21,316 bases of DNA from a virus (taxonomy: Duplodnaviria; Heunggongvirae; Uroviricota; Caudoviricetes), in IMG/VR virus record IMGVR_UViG_3300045988_115137; one strand, 5' to 3'. The notes under the pieces are model-generated. The model was given only the letters and a program-made list of their open reading frames with translations. It ran no database searches and was not told where the DNA came from. Positions 15,502 to 21,316 of the stretch are shown here, piece after piece; within the stretch, counting starts at the first letter, position 1, and every line of letters begins with the position of its first letter. Both the position numbers and the translations under genes were made by a program.

Positions 15502-15998
15502 TGCCGGTAATTAACACGCATCAGAATATCGCCGCCTTTCTCGACATGCTGGCGGTATCCGAAGGGACGGCGAATCATCCGCTGACGAAAAACCGTGGCT
15601 ATGACGTGATAGTCACCGGACTGGACGGGAAGCCGGAAATTTTCACCGACTACAGTGACCACCCGTTCGCGCATGGCCGACCGGCGAAGGTGTTTAACCG
15701 TCGCGGTGAAAAATCCACGGCCTCCGGTCGCTATCAGCAGCTTTACCTGTTCTGGCCGCATTACCGCAAACAGCTTGCCCTGCCGGATTTCAGTCCGTTG
15801 TCACAGGACAGACTCGCCATTCAGTTGATCCGCGAACGCGGTGCGCTGGATGACATCCGGGCGGGACGCATTGAGCGCGCCATTTCACGCTGTCGCAATA
15901 TCTGGGCGTCCCTGCCGGGTGCCGGTTACGGTCAGCGTGAGCATTCACTGGAAAAACTGGTCACCGTCTGGCGTACCGCTGGCGGCGTACCGGCTTAA
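15501..15998 (+). CDS. K: Endolysin (P2 gpK-like)
   Basis: 165-aa ORF directly after the holin; ATG 15501 overlaps the Y stop. Length matches P2 K. Confidence 0.8.
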   Translation: MPVINTHQNIAAFLDMLAVSEGTANHPLTKNRGYDVIVTGLDGKPEIFTDYSDHPFAHGRPAKVFNRRGEKSTASGRYQQLYLFWPHYRKQLALPDFSPLSQDRLAIQLIRERGALDDIRAGRIERAISRCRNIWASLPGAGYGQREHSLEKLVTVWRTAGGVPA

Positions 15999-16012
15999 AC
16001 GGAGTAAACACC

Positions 16013-16438
16013 ATGAAGAAATTATCCCTTTCACTGATGCTGAACGTGTCGCTGGCGCTGATGCTGGCACTGTCCCTGATTTACCCGCAGAGCGTGGCCG
16101 TCAATTTTGTCGCCGCCTGGGCGATTCTGGCGATGGTTATCTGTGTGGTTGCCGGTGGTGTCGGCGTGTATGCCACTGAGTATGTGCTGGAACGCTACGG
16201 GCGGGAGCTGCCGCCGGAATCGCTGGCCGTGAAGATTGTCCCGTCGCTGTTTTTGCAGCCGGTGCCGTGGCGCAGACGGGCGGCGGCTCTGGTTGTGATG
16301 GTGGCGACATTTATCTCGCTGGTCGCTGCCGGGTGGATTTTTACCGCGCTGATTTATCTCGTAGCGTCGCTGTTTTTCCGGCTGATACGCACGGCCTGCC
16401 GTCAGCGTCTTGAGGGGCGGGAATTATGTCAAAGCTGA
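16013..16438 (+). CDS. lysA: Lysis-timing membrane protein LysA
   Basis: 141-aa ORF, strongly hydrophobic with several predicted transmembrane segments; GGAG SD at 16001-16004; P2 lysA position and length. Confidence 0.65.
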   Translation: MKKLSLSLMLNVSLALMLALSLIYPQSVAVNFVAAWAILAMVICVVAGGVGVYATEYVLERYGRELPPESLAVKIVPSLFLQPVPWRRRAAALVVMVATFISLVAAGWIFTALIYLVASLFFRLIRTACRQRLEGRELCQS

Positions 16439-16851
16439 TGATTGTGCTGGTCGTGTTGTTATCGCTGGCGGTGGCGGGTCTGTTTCTGGCGAAGCATAAA
16501 AACGCCAGCCTGCGCACCTTACTGGACAGGGCAAACAACGTAGCCAGCGAGCAGCAGACGACCATCACCATGCTGAAAAAGCAGCTTCATGTTGCCCTCA
16601 CCAGGGCAGACAAAAACGAGCTGGCGCAGGTGGCACTGCGTCAGGAGCTGGAGAACGCTGCGAAGCGTGAAGCACAGCGCGAGAAAACCATCACGAGGTT
16701 ACTTAATGAAAACGAGGATTTTCGCCGCTGGTACGGTGCTGACCTGCCTGATGCTGTGCGCCGGTTGCACCAGCGCCCCGCCTGCACCGACGCCAGTGAT
16801 TGTCCACAACGACTGCCCGAAAGTGAGTCTTTGCCCGATGCCGGGCAGTGA
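16426..16851 (+). CDS. lysB: Inner-membrane spanin LysB (Rz-like)
   Basis: 141-aa ORF with an N-terminal transmembrane segment and a charged, coiled-coil-like periplasmic region; it contains the out-of-frame nested lysC gene. Confidence 0.7.
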   Translation: MSKLMIVLVVLLSLAVAGLFLAKHKNASLRTLLDRANNVASEQQTTITMLKKQLHVALTRADKNELAQVALRQELENAAKREAQREKTITRLLNENEDFRRWYGADLPDAVRRLHQRPACTDASDCPQRLPESESLPDAGQ

Positions 16852-16996
16852 CCCGGAGACGAACGGCGATTTAAGTGCCGATATCCGGCAGCTTGAGAAC
16901 GCGCTGGCACGCTGTGCCAGCCAGGTAAAAATGATTAAACACTGTCAGGACGAAAACGATGCTCAAACCCGACAGCCTGCGCAGGGCGCTGACTGA
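16706..16996 (+). CDS. lysC: Outer-membrane lipoprotein spanin LysC (Rz1-like), nested in the lysB +1 frame
   Basis: 96 aa from ATG 16706 (MKTRIFAAGTVLTCLMLCAGCTS...). It has a lipoprotein signal peptide with lipobox LCAGC followed by a Pro-rich segment. Length matches P2 LysC as recalled. Confidence 0.65.
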   Translation: MKTRIFAAGTVLTCLMLCAGCTSAPPAPTPVIVHNDCPKVSLCPMPGSDPETNGDLSADIRQLENALARCASQVKMIKHCQDENDAQTRQPAQGAD

Positions 16997-17426
16997 TGCC
17001 GTCACGGTGCTGAAAACCAGTCCCGAGATGCTGCGGATATTTGTGGATAGCGGGAGTATTGCCTCCACGCTGGCGACGTCGCTGTCATTCGAAAAGCGTT
17101 ACACGCTCAATGTGATTGTGACCGACTTTACCGGTGATTTTAACCTGCTCATCGTGCCGGTGCTGGCGTGGCTGCGGGAAAATCAGCCCGACATCATGAC
17201 CACCGACGAAGGCCTGAAAAAGGGCTTCACGTTTTATGCAGACATCAACAATGACAGCAGCTTTGATATCAGCATCAGCCTGATGCTGACCGAGCGCACG
17301 CTGGTCAGTGAGGTGGACGGCGCGCTGCATGTGAAGAATATCCCGGAACCCACGCCGCCGGAGCCGGTCACCCGCCCGATGGAGCTTTATATCAATGGCG
17401 AACTGGTGAGTAAGTGGGATGAATGA
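16959..17426 (+). CDS. R: Tail completion protein R
   Basis: 155-aa ORF; P2 R length and position. Confidence 0.75.
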   Translation: MLKPDSLRRALTDAVTVLKTSPEMLRIFVDSGSIASTLATSLSFEKRYTLNVIVTDFTGDFNLLIVPVLAWLRENQPDIMTTDEGLKKGFTFYADINNDSSFDISISLMLTERTLVSEVDGALHVKNIPEPTPPEPVTRPMELYINGELVSKWDE

Positions 17427-17871
17427 GTTTAAGCGTTTTGAAGACCGGCTGACCGGACTGATTGAATCGCTGTCACCGTCAGGGCGTCGGCGACTGAGCG
17501 CCGAACTGGCGAAACGTCTGCGGCAGAGTCAGCAGCGTCGGGTGATGGCACAGAAAGCCCCGGACGGCACACCCTACGCGCCACGCCAGCAGCAGAGCGC
17601 CAGAAAAAAGACTGGTCGTGTTAAGCGAAAAATGTTTGCGAAACTTATCACCAGTCGTTTTTTGCATATCCGCGCCAGCCCGGAACAGGCATCAATGGAG
17701 TTTTACGGCGGGAAGTCACCGAAAATCGCCAGTGTGCATCAGTTCGGTCTGTCGGAAGAAAACCGGAAAGACGGTAAGAAAATTGATTATCCGGCGCGTC
17801 CCCTGCTCGGCTTTACCGGTGAGGATGTGCAGATGATTGAAGAGATTATTCTGGCGCACCTCGACCGTTAG
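17419..17871 (+). CDS. S: Tail completion protein S
   Basis: 150-aa ORF; P2 S length and position; its start overlaps the R stop. Confidence 0.75.
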   Translation: MNEFKRFEDRLTGLIESLSPSGRRRLSAELAKRLRQSQQRRVMAQKAPDGTPYAPRQQQSARKKTGRVKRKMFAKLITSRFLHIRASPEQASMEFYGGKSPKIASVHQFGLSEENRKDGKKIDYPARPLLGFTGEDVQMIEEIILAHLDR

Positions 17872-17903
17872 TTGTGCCATTCCCGACACCTCATCGTCAC
17901 ATT

Positions 17904-17925
17904 GCCGCCGGTATGACCCGGCGGC
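17904..17925 (+). promoter_or_regulatory. Perfect 8-bp GC stem-loop in the S-V intergenic region (putative late-promoter/operon-boundary element)
   Basis: GCCGCCGG-TATGAC-CCGGCGGC at 17904-17925, ending 12 nt before the V ATG. A TGT-N10-ACA partial dyad lies at 17873-17888. P2 has a late promoter in front of V. Confidence 0.3.
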
Positions 17926-17937
17926 ATCCTTCCCGTT

Positions 17938-18573
17938 ATGAACACTCTCGCAAATATTCAGGAACTCGCGCGCGCACTGCGCAACATGATCCGCACCGGC
18001 ATTATCGTCGAAACCGACCTTAACGCCGGTCGCTGCCGTGTGCAGACCGGCGGCATGTGCACCGACTGGCTTCAGTGGCTGACCCATCGCGCCGGTCGTT
18101 CGCGCACATGGTGGGCACCTTCCGTGGGGGAACAGGTGCTGATTCTGGCCGTGGGCGGTGAACTCGACACGGCATTCGTTCTGCCGGGGATTTATTCCGA
18201 CGATAACCCCGCGCCGTCTGCGTCGGCGGATGCCCTGCATATCCGTTTCCCTGACGGGGCGGTGATTGAGTATGAACCCGAAACCAGTGCACTTACGGTA
18301 AGCGGAATTAAAACGGCCAGCGTGACGGCTTCTGATTCTGTTACTGCCACGGTGCCGGTGGTCATGGTGAAAGCATCAACCCGCGTCACCCTGGACACAC
18401 CGGAGGTGGTCTGCACCAACAGGCTGATTACCGGCACGCTGGAAGTGCAGAAGGGCGGGACGATGCGCGGCAACATTGAACACACCGGCGGTGAACTCTC
18501 ATCAAACGGTAAGGTACTGCATACCCATAAACACCCCGGCGACAGTGGCGGCACAACCGGGAGTCCTCTATGA
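17938..18573 (+). CDS. V: Baseplate spike/hub protein (P2 gpV-like)
   Basis: 211-aa ORF; P2 V length and position, first gene of the baseplate/tail-fibre operon. Confidence 0.85.
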   Translation: MNTLANIQELARALRNMIRTGIIVETDLNAGRCRVQTGGMCTDWLQWLTHRAGRSRTWWAPSVGEQVLILAVGGELDTAFVLPGIYSDDNPAPSASADALHIRFPDGAVIEYEPETSALTVSGIKTASVTASDSVTATVPVVMVKASTRVTLDTPEVVCTNRLITGTLEVQKGGTMRGNIEHTGGELSSNGKVLHTHKHPGDSGGTTGSPL

Positions 18574-18917
18574 CAGCGCGTTATCTTGGAATGAATCGCA
18601 GTGATGGCCTGACTGTCACTGACCTTGAGCATATCAGCCAGAGTATCGGCGATATCCTGCGCACGCCGGTCGGCTCACGGGTGATGCGTCGTGATTACGG
18701 CTCGTTGCTGGCGTCAATGATTGACCAGCCGCAGACTCCGGCGCTTGAGTTGCAGATTAAGGTCGCCTGTTACATGGCGGTGCTGAAATGGGAACCCCGC
18801 GTCACCCTGTCATCCGTCACCACTGAGCGCAGTTTTGACGGGCGAATGACTGTCACTTTGACCGGCCAGCACAACGACACCGGCCAGCCACTTTCGTTAA
18901 CCATCCCTGTGAGTTGA
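18570..18917 (+). CDS. W: Baseplate wedge protein (P2 gpW-like)
   Basis: 115-aa ORF; its ATG overlaps the V stop; P2 W length. Confidence 0.8.
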   Translation: MTARYLGMNRSDGLTVTDLEHISQSIGDILRTPVGSRVMRRDYGSLLASMIDQPQTPALELQIKVACYMAVLKWEPRVTLSSVTTERSFDGRMTVTLTGQHNDTGQPLSLTIPVS

Positions 18918-18921
18918 AACC

Positions 18922-19830
18922 ATGCCGATTATCGACCTGAACCAGCTACCCGCACCGGATGTGGTCGAGGAGCTGGACTTTGAAACCATTCTTGCCGAAC
19001 GCAAGGCGACACTGATTTCCCTTTACCCGGAAGACCAGCAGGAGGCGGTTGCCCGTACCCTGACGCTGGAATCCGAGCCTCTCGTCAAACTGCTGGAGGA
19101 AAATGCTTATCGTGAGCTTATCTGGCGTCAGCGTGTGAATGAGGCCGCACGGGCGGTGATGCTGGCCTGTGCCGCCGGTAATGACCTTGATGTGATTGGT
19201 GCCAATTACAACACCACGCGCCTGACTATCACCCCGGCAGATGATTCGACTATCCCGCCGACACCGGCAGTGATGGAGTCTGACACCGATTATCGTCTGC
19301 GTATTCAGCAGGCGTTTGAGGGCTTAAGCGTCGCCGGGTCGGTGGGAGCCTATCAGTATCATGGTCGCAGTGCCGACGGGCGTGTCGCGGATATCTCGGT
19401 CACCAGTCCGTCTCCGGCCTGCGTCACCATCTCTGTGCTGTCACGTGAAAATAACGGTGTGGCATCCGAAGACCTGCTGGCCGTGGTGCGTAACGCCCTT
19501 AATGGCGAGGACGTCAGGCCGGTGGCCGACCGCGTGACCGTGCAGTCTGCCACCATTGTTGAATACCAGATAAACGCCACGCTTTACCTTTACCCTGGTC
19601 CCGAAAGCGAACCCATCCGCGCTGCTGCCGTGAAAAAACTGGAAGCGTACATCACGGCGCAGCACCGGCTGGGGCGCGACATCCGTCTGTCTGCCATTTA
19701 TGCCGCTTTGCATGTGGAAGGCGTGCAGCGTGTCGAGCTGGCCGCACCACTGGCCGACATTGTGCTCAACAGTACGCAGGCGTCTTTCTGTACCGAATAC
19801 CGCGTCGTGACCGGAGGCTCGGATGAGTGA
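18922..19830 (+). CDS. J: Baseplate assembly protein (P2 gpJ-like)
   Basis: 302-aa ORF; P2 J length and position. Confidence 0.85.
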   Translation: MPIIDLNQLPAPDVVEELDFETILAERKATLISLYPEDQQEAVARTLTLESEPLVKLLEENAYRELIWRQRVNEAARAVMLACAAGNDLDVIGANYNTTRLTITPADDSTIPPTPAVMESDTDYRLRIQQAFEGLSVAGSVGAYQYHGRSADGRVADISVTSPSPACVTISVLSRENNGVASEDLLAVVRNALNGEDVRPVADRVTVQSATIVEYQINATLYLYPGPESEPIRAAAVKKLEAYITAQHRLGRDIRLSAIYAALHVEGVQRVELAAPLADIVLNSTQASFCTEYRVVTGGSDE

Positions 19831-20353
19831 TTCGCGCCTGCTGCCGACCGGCTCATCGCCGCTTGAAATTGCTGCCGCAAAAGCCTGTGCGGAAATTGAA
19901 AAAACGCCGGTCAGTATTCGTGAGCTGTGGAACCCGGATGCCTGTCCGGCAAATCTGCTGCCGTGGCTGGCGTGGGCGTTTTCGGTCGACAGGTGGGATG
20001 AAAAGTGGCCGGAAGCAACAAAACGCGCCGTTATCCGCGATGCGTATTTCATTCACTGCCATAAGGGCACTATAGGCGCAATCCGGCGTGTGGTGGAGCC
20101 GCTCGGCTATCTCATCAACGTGACGGAGTGGTGGGAAAACAGTGACCCGCCCGGCACCTTCCGGCTTGATATTGGTGTACTGGAAAGTGGCATCACAGAG
20201 GCAATGTATCAGGAAATGGAACGGCTTATTGCTGATGCCAAACCTGCAAGTCGTCATCTTATTGGCCTGAACATTACCCGGGACATTCCCGGCTACCTGT
20301 TCGCCGGTGGTGTGGCTTACGACGGCGATGTAATTACGGTTTACCCCGGATAA
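19823..20353 (+). CDS. I: Baseplate protein (P2 gpI-like)
   Basis: 176-aa ORF; its start overlaps the J stop; P2 I length. Confidence 0.8.
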   Translation: MSDSRLLPTGSSPLEIAAAKACAEIEKTPVSIRELWNPDACPANLLPWLAWAFSVDRWDEKWPEATKRAVIRDAYFIHCHKGTIGAIRRVVEPLGYLINVTEWWENSDPPGTFRLDIGVLESGITEAMYQEMERLIADAKPASRHLIGLNITRDIPGYLFAGGVAYDGDVITVYPG

Positions 20354-20363
20354 GTGAGGAATA

Positions 20364-21316
20364 ATGAGCACAAAATTCAAAACCGTTATCACCACTGCCG
20401 GTGCAGCAAAGCTGGCAGCGGCAACCGCACCGGGAGGGCGGAAGGTCAACATTACCACGATGGCCGTCGGGGATGGCGGTGGTAAATTGCCTGTCCCGGA
20501 TGCCGGACAGACCGGGCTTATCCACGAAGTCTGGCGGCATGCGCTGAACAAAATCAGCCAGGACAAACGAAACAGTAATTATATTATCGCAGAGCTGGTT
20601 ATTCCGCCGGAGGTGGGCGGTTTCTGGATGCGTGAGCTTGGCCTGTACGATGATGCTGGAACGTTAATTGCCGTGGCGAACATGGCCGAAAGTTATAAGC
20701 CAGCTCTTGCCGAAGGCTCAGGGCGTTCGCAGACCTGCCGCATGGTCATCATCGTCAGCAGTGTGGCCTCAGTGGCGCTGACCATTGACACCACAACGGT
20801 GATGGCGACGCAGGATTACGTTGATGACAAAATTGCAGAGCACGAACAGTCACGACGTCACCCGGACGCCTCGCTGACCGCAAAAGGTTTTACTCAGTTA
20901 AGCAGTGCGACCAACAGCACGTCTGAAACACTGGCCGCAACGCCGAAAGCGGTAAAGGCTGCTTATGATCTTGCTAACGGGAAATATACCGCGCAGGATG
21001 CCACCACAGCGCGAAAAGGCCTTGTCCAGCTCAGTAGCGCCACCAACAGCACGTCTGAAACGCTCGCCGCAACGCCGAAAGCGGTAAAGGCAGCATATGA
21101 CCTTGCTAACGGGAAATACACTGCACAGGACGCCACCACAGCGCGAAAAGGTCTTGTCCAGCTCAGTAGTGCGACTAACAGCACTTCCGAGTCACTGGCG
21201 GCAACACCAAAAGCCGTTAAGGCCGCGTATGACCTGGCTAACGGGAAATACACCGCACAGGATGCAACGACAGCACAGAAAGGGATAATCCAGCTAAGCA
21301 GCGCGACCAACAGCAC
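20364..21316 (+). CDS. H: Tail fibre protein (P2 gpH-like), 5' partial; open reading frame runs off the window end
   Basis: ATG at 20364 preceded by GTGAGGA, 10 nt after the I stop. The frame stays open to 21316 (MSTKFKTVITTAG...). It is absent from the ORF track because no stop lies in the window. It contains tandem repeats. Confidence 0.8.
   Translation, partial: MSTKFKTVITTAGAAKLAAATAPGGRKVNITTMAVGDGGGKLPVPDAGQTGLIHEVWRHALNKISQDKRNSNYIIAELVIPPEVGGFWMRELGLYDDAGTLIAVANMAESYKPALAEGSGRSQTCRMVIIVSSVASVALTIDTTTVMATQDYVDDKIAEHEQSRRHPDASLTAKGFTQLSSATNSTSETLAATPKAVKAAYDLANGKYTAQDATTARKGLVQLSSATNSTSETLAATPKAVKAAYDLANGKYTAQDATTARKGLVQLSSATNSTSESLAATPKAVKAAYDLANGKYTAQDATTAQKGIIQLSSATNS
20889..21316 (+). 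repeat. In-frame 132-bp (44-aa) tandem repeat array inside the tail-fibre gene (at least 3.2 copies, continues beyond window)
   Basis: Unit (F/L)(T/V)QLSSATNSTSE(T/S)LAATPKAVKAAYDLANGKYTAQDATTA(R/Q)KG recurs at about 20889, 21021, 21153 and 21285 with only a few nucleotide differences. The same repeat creates the spurious minus-strand ORF at 20963-21316. Confidence 0.8.

Noticed and set aside
12030-20566. Long antisense or out-of-frame ORFs across the structural genes (e.g. 12030-12488, 13808-14407, 14699-15145, 17716-18240, 18192-18632, 19441-20052, 19853-20566)
   Set aside because: Same reasoning: they overlap well-supported capsid, lysis and baseplate genes and show no independent signals.
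20889-21316. Regularly spaced near-identical repeats that could be mistaken for a CRISPR array
   Set aside because: The repeats are 132 bp, contiguous without unique spacers, and sit in frame inside the tail-fibre gene; they are protein-coding tandem repeats.
20963-21316. 117-aa minus-strand ORF with internally repeated sequence
   Set aside because: It is the reverse-complement shadow of the tail-fibre tandem repeats; its apparent periodic structure comes from the plus-strand coding repeat.

Overview
The window is the left ~21 kb of a P2-like (peduovirus-type) enterobacterial prophage, read from the integrase end. Gene order follows the P2 map: int and repressor C (minus strand), then the rightward early operon (cox-like, small ORFs, B-like, a TraR/DksA-type zinc-finger protein, rolling-circle initiator A), a ~2.5-kb AT-rich cargo island, the 19-nt cos site, then portal Q and terminase P (minus), and O-N-M-L-X-holin-endolysin-lysA-lysB/lysC-R-S-V-W-J-I plus the 5' part of tail fibre H (plus). 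Protein lengths after correcting non-ATG track starts match the P2 lengths I recall, which is the main basis for the gene names; no homology search was run. The most interesting region is the cargo island between A and cos (about 5980-8504). This is the position of tin/old in P2 and a known hotspot for anti-phage systems. It holds two convergent, low-GC transcription units (a ~63-aa ORF plus a 226-aa protein on plus; a 313-aa protein on minus) in which I can recognise no known family or motif, so it is a candidate undescribed defense module. Its promoter-proximal regions share a palindromic TTGCATGC motif. Other points worth checking: the portal ORF runs ~45 codons past an intrinsic terminator toward cos (possible 1-nt indel), near-identical 132-bp tandem repeats in the tail-fibre gene, and a 13-bp motif shared between the int-proximal end and the C/cox switch region.
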